In this document: piece after piece, positions 33,625 to 42,212 of the stretch | Layout of the letters: the number at the start of each line of letters is the position of its first letter | Position numbering within the stretch: the stretch's first letter is position 1 | NCBI GenBank assembly: GCA_004297165.1 | Contig: SCUJ01000011.1 | Span: 5,809 to 69,808, forward strand | DNA: 64,000 nucleotides | Reading direction: 5' to 3' | Source of the DNA: Gammaproteobacteria bacterium | GTDB taxonomy: Bacteria > Pseudomonadota > Gammaproteobacteria > Eutrophobiales > Eutrophobiaceae | The notes under the pieces: model-generated | What the model was told of the DNA's origin: nothing | What the model saw: the letters and a program-made list of their open reading frames with translations, nothing else | Database searches by the model: none | Program-made: the position numbers and the translations under genes

Positions 33625-34005
33625 ATGGTCATTAACGCCACGCCCACCGTCGTCGTCGTCGATGACAGCCCCTCCATCAAGACCATTTTCGAAAGAGGCA
33701 TGGAAGGTCTCAACGTCAAGCTCAGGATCTTCGATTCCGCCCAGAGTTCCTGGGAATATCTCGCCATCAACAAACCCGACCTGCTGTTCCTGAACATCAA
33801 GATGCCCGGCAAGGACGGACTCACCTACCTCAAGGAACTTCGCCAACTGCCGCTGCACCGGGACACGGCGGTTGTCATGATCAGTTCCAAGGATTATGCT
33901 CAGGACCGTACGATCGCCAACGAACTCGGGGCGCGGGATTTCCTGACCAAGCCGATGCCCATCAGGGCAATCACCGATATCGTGGTGAAATATATCGGCA
34001 ACTGA
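33625..34005 (+). CDS. Single-domain response regulator receiver; the phospho-acceptor Asp is replaced by Asn
   Basis: VVVDDS, PDLLFLNIKMPGKDG, MISS, GARDFLTKP. Confidence 0.88.
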   Translation: MVINATPTVVVVDDSPSIKTIFERGMEGLNVKLRIFDSAQSSWEYLAINKPDLLFLNIKMPGKDGLTYLKELRQLPLHRDTAVVMISSKDYAQDRTIANELGARDFLTKPMPIRAITDIVVKYIGN

Positions 34006-34035
34006 ACGCTTCCGCCCAAACAATACATTCATGCT

Positions 34036-34947
34036 ATGAGCAAGGCTTATCTCCGCTTCTGGGGGGTGCGCGGATCGTATACGGCGCCCTTCGCCTCGCA
34101 CCTCGGCGTCGGCGGCAACACCTCCTGCGTGGAGATCCGGGTCGACGATCATGTCCTGCTGTGCGACGCGGGGACCGGGATCATCAATTTCGGCAACCAC
34201 ATGCTGCGGCAGAAGGACATCCGGGATCTACTCATCATCCTGACCCATTATCATTGGGACCATATCTGCGGCCTGCCCTTTTTCGTGCCTGCCTTCGTGC
34301 CCGACTGGAACATCAGCATCTTCGGGCCTGGACAGAAGGCCGCCGACATCGAAGAATATGTCTCGGCGCAGATGAAGGCGCCCTTTTTCCCTGTGGGAAC
34401 GGAGACCTGGCTGGCGAAAGTCAGATATATCACGCCGCCGCCGGACCATCGTTTTGCGCACGGACCGATCCAGATCGCCTACGATAATGTGCACCATCCG
34501 GGCAGCACTTATGGCTACCGAATCCGGGCGAACGGTAAAAACATCCTCTACGTTTCTGACAATGAATGCCTGTACCTGGATAAATCCATCAAGCTGAAAT
34601 ACGGGGAATTGAGCGCGGAGGAACAGTCGCTTTATGACCGCATGCAACGGGAGGAATACGAGGCGGAGATAAAACTCCTGCAGGGCGCGGATATCGTCAT
34701 CCATGACGCCCAATACACCCCCGAGGATTACCTGAAAAAGCGCGGCTGGGGGCATTCCTGTTTCATTGACACCGTCAACACCGCCATCGAGGCGGGGGTA
34801 AAGGAATTGTATCTCTATCACCACGATCCGAACTATGACGACCAGGAGATGGAAAAGATTCAGCGCCGCGCCTTGGAGGTCATAAGAGAGCGCAAATCTG
34901 ATCTCGTCTGCCATCTGGCGAAAGAAGGGATGATCATTGAGCTGTAA
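34036..34947 (+). CDS. MBL-fold metallo-hydrolase (RNase Z/PhnP-like phosphodiesterase family)
   Basis: WGVRGS, GGNTSC, DAGTG, THYHWDH, HPG, HDAQY, GWGHS, HHDP. Confidence 0.88.
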   Translation: MSKAYLRFWGVRGSYTAPFASHLGVGGNTSCVEIRVDDHVLLCDAGTGIINFGNHMLRQKDIRDLLIILTHYHWDHICGLPFFVPAFVPDWNISIFGPGQKAADIEEYVSAQMKAPFFPVGTETWLAKVRYITPPPDHRFAHGPIQIAYDNVHHPGSTYGYRIRANGKNILYVSDNECLYLDKSIKLKYGELSAEEQSLYDRMQREEYEAEIKLLQGADIVIHDAQYTPEDYLKKRGWGHSCFIDTVNTAIEAGVKELYLYHHDPNYDDQEMEKIQRRALEVIRERKSDLVCHLAKEGMIIEL

Positions 34948-35629
34948 TCCCGCGGCTGCAAACCGGCGAATCAAGAGTTACGTACTGCGCCAAGGCCGCA
35001 TCACCCCTGCCCAGAAAAAGGCCCTCACGGAATATCTTCAGCGCTACGCCATCCGGGCCGGCGCATCCCCCCTCGATTTGAACGAGATCTTCGGCCGGTC
35101 AGCGCCCAGGGTTCTCGAGATCGGCGCCGGCAGCGGCGAGTTCACTTTGTGCGAGGCCGCGCTGCATCCGGAAAACGATTACCTAGCCGCCGAGGTGCAC
35201 GCGCCGGGGATCGGCAGGCTGCTGCAAGGGATCGCAGCCGGAGGCCTAACGAACATCCGGGTGATCGATCAGGACGTAGTGGTGGCCTTGCAAGGACTGA
35301 TCCCCGAGGACGCCCTCGATCAAGCGATGATCTTCTTCCCCGACCCCTGGCCGAAGCAGCGGCACCACAAGCGCCGGCTCATCAACCGTGAATTCCTCGA
35401 TCTCCTCGTCACGCGCATGCGGGCTCATGGTCGTTTGTACCTGGCGACGGATTGGCAGGAACTGGCAGAAGAGATCCGGACGCTCGGCGATGCGCACCCC
35501 CGGCTGTGGAACCTCGCGGGTCCTGGATACTTCGCACCCCGTCCGGCCTGGCGGCCCGAAACGCGCTTCGAACGACGCGGCAAACGACTCGGCCACGAGG
35601 TCTACGACCTGGTCTATTGTTTACGGTAG
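34937..35629 (+). CDS. trmB: tRNA (guanine-N7)-methyltransferase
   Basis: RIKSYVLRQGRIT, LEIGAGSG, FFPDPWPKQRHHKRR, LATDW, TRFERRG. Confidence 0.95.
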   Translation: MSCNPAAANRRIKSYVLRQGRITPAQKKALTEYLQRYAIRAGASPLDLNEIFGRSAPRVLEIGAGSGEFTLCEAALHPENDYLAAEVHAPGIGRLLQGIAAGGLTNIRVIDQDVVVALQGLIPEDALDQAMIFFPDPWPKQRHHKRRLINREFLDLLVTRMRAHGRLYLATDWQELAEEIRTLGDAHPRLWNLAGPGYFAPRPAWRPETRFERRGKRLGHEVYDLVYCLR

Positions 35630-36271
35630 TATGTGCATGAATGAATCGATCGCGGCGAATTCCGCGGTATCCCGCCCCACCACCCCGCTGTCCGGCTCGG
35701 CGATCGTCAGCAGGTGACCAATCCCGTAATCCCGCGCCATGCGCAGGACCGTCAGGTTGTCGTCGATGAGCAGAGTATTCGCTCGCTCGAAACGAAACTC
35801 CGCCTCGAGCCGCTCCCAGAACGCCGCGATCTCCTTGGGCGCCCCGTAATCGTGGGATGAGACGATGTGGTGGAAATACCGGTCGATCCCGGTCCGTTCG
35901 ATCTTAAGCGTGAGCAGCTTGCGGTGGGCATTCGTCACCATGACCACCTGACGACCGCTGGCGAAGAGGCGGTGTAAAAACTCCTCCGCGTGCGGGCGGT
36001 AGACGATCATGTGATCGATATCGGCCTTCAGCGCCATGACATCAACCCCAAGCTCCCGCGACCAGAAATCGATGCAATACCAGTCGAGGGTCCCGACGCG
36101 CCGGGCGATGCGGGCCATGAGTTCTGTCCGGGCCGCGCCGGGATCGAGACCCAGGCTCGAACCCCACCGATCCGGGAGGTATTCGTTCCAGAAATAATTA
36201 TCGAAACGCAGGTCCAGCAGGGTGCCGTCCATGTCCAGCAGGACTGTGCGGATCCGTTCCCAGGCGATCAT
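35621..36271 (-). CDS. yrfG: HAD-family GMP/IMP nucleotidase
   Basis: TVLLDMDGTLLDLRFDNYFW, GTLDWYCIDFWS, VTNAH, IDDN. Confidence 0.9.
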   Translation of the reverse strand: MIAWERIRTVLLDMDGTLLDLRFDNYFWNEYLPDRWGSSLGLDPGAARTELMARIARRVGTLDWYCIDFWSRELGVDVMALKADIDHMIVYRPHAEEFLHRLFASGRQVVMVTNAHRKLLTLKIERTGIDRYFHHIVSSHDYGAPKEIAAFWERLEAEFRFERANTLLIDDNLTVLRMARDYGIGHLLTIAEPDSGVVGRDTAEFAAIDSFMHILP

Positions 36272-36384
36272 GTCAGCTTGCGTCCCGATTCAGGCGGGCG
36301 CGGCCATGCCGCGATTTGTTGTAGGCATTCCCCCCATGGGTCTGTAAGATGCCGCCGAAAAAATTCATATGATGATCATCCGCC

Positions 36385-37206
36385 ATGACTGACCGCAATT
36401 CTAACACGACATCGCTGCTCCCGGCCGTCGCCAACCTGGCGCGAGAGGCCGGGGAAAAAATCCTTGCGATTTATGACACGGACTTCGCGGTGGATCACAA
36501 GGGCGACGACTCGCCGCTCACGGCCGCGGACCTGGCTGCTCACGAGACGCTCTGCGCCGGCTTGGCAAGGCTCACCCCGGATCTCCCCATCTATTCGGAG
36601 GAGGCGGCGGATATCCCCTTCGCGGTCCGCTCCGGTTGGCGGAGGTACTGGCTGGTCGATCCGCTCGACGGGACCCGCGAGTTCGTCAAGCGTAATGGCG
36701 AATTCACCGTGAATATCGCGCTGATCGACGATCACCGGCCGATCCTCGGCGTGGTGCATATCCCGGTCAAGGGCATTACCTATTTCGCCGCGCGCGGGCA
36801 GGGCGCCTTCCGACAGGATACCGGGAAGGCGGCCGAGGCCATCCGGACCAGAAAGACCCGGACCGGCGCGCTCACGCTGGCCGGCAGCCGCTCCCATGCC
36901 ACGGAACGGCAGAACCGGTTCTTCGAGTCCCTGGGCGGCAAGGCCGAGCTGCATTCCATCGGCAGTTCGCTCAAGTTCTGTCTGGTCGCCGAAGGCGCGG
37001 TGGATCTGTACCCGCGTTTCGGCCCGACCTCCGAATGGGACACCGCGGCGGCGCATTGCCTTGTCGTGGAGGCGGGCGGGATCGTCACGGACCTCGACCT
37101 TCGCCCGCTGGAATACAATCGGAAGGAATCCGTGATCAACCCCGATTTTCTCGCCATCGGCGACCCCGGTTTCGACTGGAAGCCTTACCTCGATCAGATT
37201 CGGTAA
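36385..37206 (+). CDS. cysQ: 3'(2'),5'-bisphosphate nucleotidase
   Basis: SPLTAADL, WLVDPLDGTREF, GSRSH, GSSLKFC, EWDTAA. Confidence 0.95.
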   Translation: MTDRNSNTTSLLPAVANLAREAGEKILAIYDTDFAVDHKGDDSPLTAADLAAHETLCAGLARLTPDLPIYSEEAADIPFAVRSGWRRYWLVDPLDGTREFVKRNGEFTVNIALIDDHRPILGVVHIPVKGITYFAARGQGAFRQDTGKAAEAIRTRKTRTGALTLAGSRSHATERQNRFFESLGGKAELHSIGSSLKFCLVAEGAVDLYPRFGPTSEWDTAAAHCLVVEAGGIVTDLDLRPLEYNRKESVINPDFLAIGDPGFDWKPYLDQIR

Positions 37207-37209
37207 CTG

Positions 37210-38814
37210 CTACGCCAGCTCCCGGTATTCCCACAGCTTCGCCGTGAGATAGGCGGCGAAATCCTGCGCATCCTCCGCCTCTATGCGGACCTGCTCCTCC
37301 CGCGATCTGCGGCTCAATTCCCGGAAGGCATCAAGCCGCTCCGCGGGCAACGGCCGGGACAGGAAATAACGCCGGTGCGCCGCCGCCTGGCTGAGGCCGA
37401 ATTCGATGAAGGACTGCCGGGCCGCGCGCAGGTCCGCGAGCAGGCGGGCGGACAATGTCGCCTCCGGGTCCGCCATCCGCGCCTGTTGCAGAATGAGACT
37501 TTCGACATGGGCGGGCTTCCCGATCGCCCGATCCAGGAGTTCCGCCGCGGGCTGCAGAGCGCGCAGCAGCTCGCCGCCCCAATCGCGGATCGTCCGCCAG
37601 TCCCCGCGGTCATTCAGCAGGAGCGCGGGATCGCGCCCCCCGCAGACCACGGCGAGCACGTTCTCCCGCACGGAGTAACACAGTTCGTCGCCATGCTCGG
37701 GGCTGTCTTGCAGCAGACAATACAGCAGCAGCGTATCCAGGAAGCGGACCTCGGGCTCGTCGATCCCGAGCGGCAGATAGGGATTGAGATCCAGGAGGCG
37801 CACTTCAAGATAAGCCACGCCGCCGCTTTTCAATTCCTTCAGATAATTCCGGCCTGGCGGGGGAACGCACTTCGCCCGGATGGTCGTATAGAACTCCGCC
37901 TCGCCCTGCAGCAGGGCGGTGCTCACCTGAAGATATTCCCCATCCCGTTGCGCGCCAATCTTTTCGTACGGCGGATACGGCGTAAGGATAGCCTCTGCGA
38001 GGGTATCGACATAGTTGTCCAGTCCGTTGTAACAGATGGCGATCGCCTCGGACTGCACATCACTCTGATAGCCCAGGTTGCCGTTGCGCAAGGACGTCGC
38101 GAGCGCGCCATAGAAGCTCTCGCCGTCCAGGCGTTGCAGCGTGTGCGCGCGTCCGCGGACGAAGGAGTCATGCACCGCCGGGGAGGCGCCGAAGAGATAA
38201 ACCGGCAGCCAGGAGAAGCGCCGGAAATTGCGCATCAGATCGAAATAGCGCCGGGAGCGGAAATCCCGGAGGTCCTCCCGTCCGTCTTGTTCGCGCCACA
38301 ACAGGGTCCAGAGGGCGTCCGGCAGGGAGAAATTATAATGTACGGCGCAGATCGTCTGCATGGTGCGGCCGTAGCGCCAGGCCAGACCCTTGCGATAGAG
38401 GTGCTTCAGACGGCCCGGATTGGATTCCCCGTAATAGGCGAGCGGGATCGCCGCGTCCTCCGGCAACCGGCAGGGCATGCTGGCCGGCCAGAGCAGTTCC
38501 CCATTGAGACCCGTATAGACGAAGCGGTGGATCTCGTCCAGCCGATCGAGCATCTCGCCCACGTCCTGCGCGACGGGGGTGATCAGTTCCAGTTGCGATT
38601 CGCTGTAGTCGGTCGTGATGCTGGGGTGGCACAGTTTGGCGCCAAGGTGCTCCGGATGCGGGGACTGCGCGAGACCGCCCTCCGGCGTGACCCGCAGGGT
38701 CTCCCGTTCCACCCCCCGGTTGATCGCGGCGAGCAACGGCAGGGCGTCCGCGGCGGACAGCCGCGCCAGGCGTTCGTTGTACGGATCCTTGCTGCCGGGG
38801 TCAGGGGCCTTCAT
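37210..38814 (-). CDS. gshA: Glutamate--cysteine ligase
   Basis: RGVERETLRV, ITTDYSESQLELIT, WPASMP, MQTICAVHYNFS, YLEVRLLD. Likely start is ATG at 38814. Confidence 0.95.
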   Translation of the reverse strand: MKAPDPGSKDPYNERLARLSAADALPLLAAINRGVERETLRVTPEGGLAQSPHPEHLGAKLCHPSITTDYSESQLELITPVAQDVGEMLDRLDEIHRFVYTGLNGELLWPASMPCRLPEDAAIPLAYYGESNPGRLKHLYRKGLAWRYGRTMQTICAVHYNFSLPDALWTLLWREQDGREDLRDFRSRRYFDLMRNFRRFSWLPVYLFGASPAVHDSFVRGRAHTLQRLDGESFYGALATSLRNGNLGYQSDVQSEAIAICYNGLDNYVDTLAEAILTPYPPYEKIGAQRDGEYLQVSTALLQGEAEFYTTIRAKCVPPPGRNYLKELKSGGVAYLEVRLLDLNPYLPLGIDEPEVRFLDTLLLYCLLQDSPEHGDELCYSVRENVLAVVCGGRDPALLLNDRGDWRTIRDWGGELLRALQPAAELLDRAIGKPAHVESLILQQARMADPEATLSARLLADLRAARQSFIEFGLSQAAAHRRYFLSRPLPAERLDAFRELSRRSREEQVRIEAEDAQDFAAYLTAKLWEYRELA

Positions 38815-38937
38815 GCGGGAGTGTCGGATGGGGAAGATGTTTTCGGGCAACCTCGAAACGCAATGTAACACACAACCGATCTGATATCATTCCGGGTACA
38901 ATATTTTCACGATTTGCATCCCGGCGGGAGATAAGAC

Positions 38938-39084
38938 ATGCCAAGGAAACGCGCCGCGCCGGCCAAACGCAACCCGGTCGCCAAATTCGCGGCGCGCTTC
39001 CAACGGGCGGTGAGCTTTCGCGACCGCACTGTTTATCGACGCCGCGCCAAGCACAAGCGGCGGGGCGACGCTGGCGGGGAGTGA
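38938..39084 (+). CDS. Small basic protein (48 aa), ArfA-like candidate; not in the ORF track
   Basis: Manual translation: MPRKRAAPAKRNPVAKFAARFQRAVSFRDRTVYRRRAKHKRRGDAGGE*. GGGAG Shine-Dalgarno about 7 nt upstream and a TACAAT -10-like box near 38897. Confidence 0.7.
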   Translation: MPRKRAAPAKRNPVAKFAARFQRAVSFRDRTVYRRRAKHKRRGDAGGE

Positions 39085-39147
39085 GGGGGCGGGTCCCCGG
39101 TTCAATCACGTTATCGATTTATTTACAAGAACCACGAGGAGCACACC

Positions 39148-39435
39148 ATGGCACACGAAGGTTACCACGAGTCCGTCAACGAACTCAGCGCCGAGACCCG
39201 CGACATGCATCGCGCCATTGTCTCGCTCACGGAGGAACTCGAGGCCGTCGACTGGTACAACCAGCGCGCCGATGCCTGCGCGAACGAGGAACTCAAGGCC
39301 ATCCTCAAGCACAATCGCGACGAGGAAAAGGAACATGCCGCGATGCTGCTGGAATGGATTCGCCGCCAGGACCCCGCCTTTAACCACGAACTGCAGGACT
39401 GGTTGTTCAAGGACAGCAAGAAACTGGATCATTAA
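39148..39435 (+). CDS. Ferritin-like protein of the encapsulated-ferritin (EncFtn/Flp) family
   Basis: GYHE...LS..TRDMHRAIVSLTEELEAVDWYNQR..AC....LKAIL.HNRDEEKEHAAMLLEWIRR.D; GAGGAG Shine-Dalgarno. Confidence 0.92.
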   Translation: MAHEGYHESVNELSAETRDMHRAIVSLTEELEAVDWYNQRADACANEELKAILKHNRDEEKEHAAMLLEWIRRQDPAFNHELQDWLFKDSKKLDH

Positions 39436-40961
39436 CGTACCAAGTGCGCCAGATTCACGGCGCCGAGCCAGCAGGTGGCCAACTCGTGTGCGCGCCGGGT
39501 TTGCTCGGGCGCTCTGGAGACATCTCCATTGACCCAGATGGCATACTCCACTTCAGGCGGCGGAGCCCCGAACCTGGCATACACACCCGGCATGATCGGC
39601 ACATGGTCACCGAACCAGCATAACCCCGCCGGCCGATGGTGGCGATCGAGCCGCTGCCGTAGCGCGCCAATCATCCGGTCGGCATTGCGCAGATGACGCA
39701 GATAGATCGTGAGGTCATCGCATCCAGACGGAGGGGGCGTTGTGAAGAGGTCGGCCAAATCCGCCCCGCGCACTTTCTCCAGATGCAAAGGACCATGATT
39801 CTCCATGGTGATGACAAAGACGAACAACGGGCCGCCGGCCCGATCGAGGAGTCCCTCCAGTTTCGCCATAACCGCGGCGTCGCTCACGTAAGGCCCGCGG
39901 CGCTCTGCCCCGGCAAAGGCCCGGATATCCAGAAACTCATCGAAACCCAGGAGGGGATAGACGCGGTTGCGCCGGTAAAAACCGGAATGGTAGGGATGGA
40001 TGCACACGGTGCGATATCCCAGGTCCTTCAGCAAGAGCGGCAAGGCGCGCGGACGCCACCCCGCCAGGATCGGCAGATAGGGATTGAAACGGTGAATTCC
40101 CAAATCGTCCTCATTCAGACCGGATAGGAACGCGAATTCGGTGCGCACGGTGTTCGCCCCCCAGGCCGGGACCTTGAGCCGCCCATGCGCCATGGAGGCA
40201 TCCTTGAGCCGATCGAACTCGGCCAGCGCGTCCCCGCGGATCCCGGCGAACAGGGGTCTGGGGTCGAAGAACGATTCGCTCTGCACGGCGATCAGATCGG
40301 GCAGAGAAGCATCTGTCTCACTCCGTATCGACGCCGCGAATGGCCCTGTCACCCGCGGCGGCTTGCGCCCGGCAATGGCGTAGCGCCACAGACAGGCGAG
40401 GAGACCATGATTTACCAGATCGCGATCCGCCTCCAGGGTAAGCGGGGACGATCGCCGTTCGCCCACGCTGAGCAGCAGCAGGCCTGCCGCGATCAGTATA
40501 AGCACCCCGCCCGTTTGTCCCGTCGGCGAGAAACGTCCCGTGGGGGCATGCTCCAGAACCAACCCGGAGAGCACCGCGAGGAGCAAGCCCAGCGCCGCAG
40601 CCATCCCCCTGCCCCAGCCGAGGAATGGCAGGTACAGGCGCGGATAACGGAGGGCATGGCTGAAATACCAGTAGTCCTGCCAAACGAACGGTTCGCGCAG
40701 GGACTTGAACTTGGCGTTGCTCACCAGAACAAGCAGGAGCAGGATTGCGCTCACGCCAGCCGCGGCGAACCACGGCCGACCGGTCGCCAGGACCAGCACG
40801 CAGAAGGCAAGCGTCCATAATCCGCCGTGCAGGCGCCAGGCGCTGAAGGGCCGCGCGGCAAGGACTGGCGAGGGCCGCAACAATCGCTCGATGCAGAACG
40901 AGAGGATCAGTCCGGCGAAGGCCACATAAAACACTGCGAGGAAAGCCGCTTTATCCGCCAT
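39432..40961 (-). CDS. LTA synthase/sulfatase family protein (WcbQ-like capsule protein)
   Basis: TM N-terminus, QSESFFDPR, VPAWGANTVRTEFAFLSG, ITMENHGP, FGDHVP. Confidence 0.85.
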   Translation of the reverse strand: MADKAAFLAVFYVAFAGLILSFCIERLLRPSPVLAARPFSAWRLHGGLWTLAFCVLVLATGRPWFAAAGVSAILLLLVLVSNAKFKSLREPFVWQDYWYFSHALRYPRLYLPFLGWGRGMAAALGLLLAVLSGLVLEHAPTGRFSPTGQTGGVLILIAAGLLLLSVGERRSSPLTLEADRDLVNHGLLACLWRYAIAGRKPPRVTGPFAASIRSETDASLPDLIAVQSESFFDPRPLFAGIRGDALAEFDRLKDASMAHGRLKVPAWGANTVRTEFAFLSGLNEDDLGIHRFNPYLPILAGWRPRALPLLLKDLGYRTVCIHPYHSGFYRRNRVYPLLGFDEFLDIRAFAGAERRGPYVSDAAVMAKLEGLLDRAGGPLFVFVITMENHGPLHLEKVRGADLADLFTTPPPSGCDDLTIYLRHLRNADRMIGALRQRLDRHHRPAGLCWFGDHVPIMPGVYARFGAPPPEVEYAIWVNGDVSRAPEQTRRAHELATCWLGAVNLAHLVR

Positions 40962-40988
40962 GTATAAGGGGAACGCACGGCGGGGCAG

Positions 40989-42212
40989 TCATAACAACGA
41001 CTCCAGCGGCGAGCGTTCGGCCGTCAGTACGCGCGCGCCGTTCTCCACGGCCAGCGCGATCCCGCGTGCGCAGTAAAAACCACCGTTGATCTGGGCCGTT
41101 CGCAACACCACGCGACGGAAGCAGCCGAACAGGTTCATGTCCGGGGGTTCGGGCTGCGTCCAGAAATTGTCGACATTGCCCTGAAAGGTCAACCCAGGCA
41201 GGTTGTAGATGGGATCGCTCAGCGTATGCGTGGGCCGCCCCAACCCGAGCGCGACCATGCCGACGGTGCTGTTCACCGTCACCACGCCCACGGCGCGCGC
41301 CACCAACGAATTCAAATCGCCGTCTTCGAGATACACGACGCGGCGGGAAAGATCGAGGCGCCGGCTGCAGGCGCGGATGATGCGGCGGAAATTCATCAGG
41401 CCCATATCGAGCGGATGATTCTTGATGACCAACCGGCAAGCCGTGGGCGCGTGACGGGCGAAGGATTCCAGAAGGTATTCGATGACCTCGCCCATGTGCG
41501 CGAAGCGGGAATGATCGCGGATCTGGGCGTCGCTGTTGAGCTGCAACGGAAGAAAGAAAAAAGGTTTGCCGGAGTCGATTAATTCCGCCGCCGTCGCGGC
41601 ATCCGCGTCCCGGATCTGTCTGAGTCTGGCGAAACGCCTGAGGTAACCGGCGTAGCCTAGCGGGGCGATTACCTGCGCATGATTGTGATAACCGCGGAAC
41701 AATACCGGATTGACCAGCCCAGCCACATGATAGACCACGTCATGAAAGGCCCGCACGCGCAATGACGAGCGGAAGGTAATCGGCGCCTCCGGCTCGCCGA
41801 GTTTTCGTCCGGCCTCGGCGAACCAGTCCGGATTGCGCGGCAACAGCGAATGACCGTTGACGCCTTCGCGCTCCAGCGTCACCCAGTGCGGCCGGAAATA
41901 ACCTTCCTCGAAGACATGGGTGCGCAGTCCGCAGACCTCGCCATGATCCGCCGCCGGTTTGTGCACCGGCCGTTGGTCGCCGAACAGGACCTGATCGGTG
42001 ATGCCGTGCCGGCGGTACGTCTCATCCAGAAAATCGCGGAGCCCGGCGACATCCCCGCGAAAATTCCAGGCCGGCCGCAAGCCCCAGTAGAAGGCGTCGC
42101 CGCCGCAGAAATTTACCCGATGCACCGCATGGCCGTCCGCGGCCAGCCGATCCGCCAAGCGTCCGAAAAAGGGCGTGCATGGACCTTGCAGAAAGAGAAA
42201 ACTCCGTTTCAT
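40989..42212 (-). CDS. kpsS: Capsule Kdo-transferase KpsS/WcbO family
   Basis: FLFLQGP..PFF, FEEGYFRP.WVTLE..GVN..S, PLQLNSDAQI, KNHPLD, TVNSTVG, TAQINGGFY. Start ATG at 42212 overlaps the upstream stop. Confidence 0.88.
   Translation of the reverse strand: MKRSFLFLQGPCTPFFGRLADRLAADGHAVHRVNFCGGDAFYWGLRPAWNFRGDVAGLRDFLDETYRRHGITDQVLFGDQRPVHKPAADHGEVCGLRTHVFEEGYFRPHWVTLEREGVNGHSLLPRNPDWFAEAGRKLGEPEAPITFRSSLRVRAFHDVVYHVAGLVNPVLFRGYHNHAQVIAPLGYAGYLRRFARLRQIRDADAATAAELIDSGKPFFFLPLQLNSDAQIRDHSRFAHMGEVIEYLLESFARHAPTACRLVIKNHPLDMGLMNFRRIIRACSRRLDLSRRVVYLEDGDLNSLVARAVGVVTVNSTVGMVALGLGRPTHTLSDPIYNLPGLTFQGNVDNFWTQPEPPDMNLFGCFRRVVLRTAQINGGFYCARGIALAVENGARVLTAERSPLESLL

Noticed and set aside
38878-38895. 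GATCTGATATCATTCC as a Fur box upstream of the small ORF and ferritin
   Set aside because: Only a partial match to the 19-bp consensus; not supportable.
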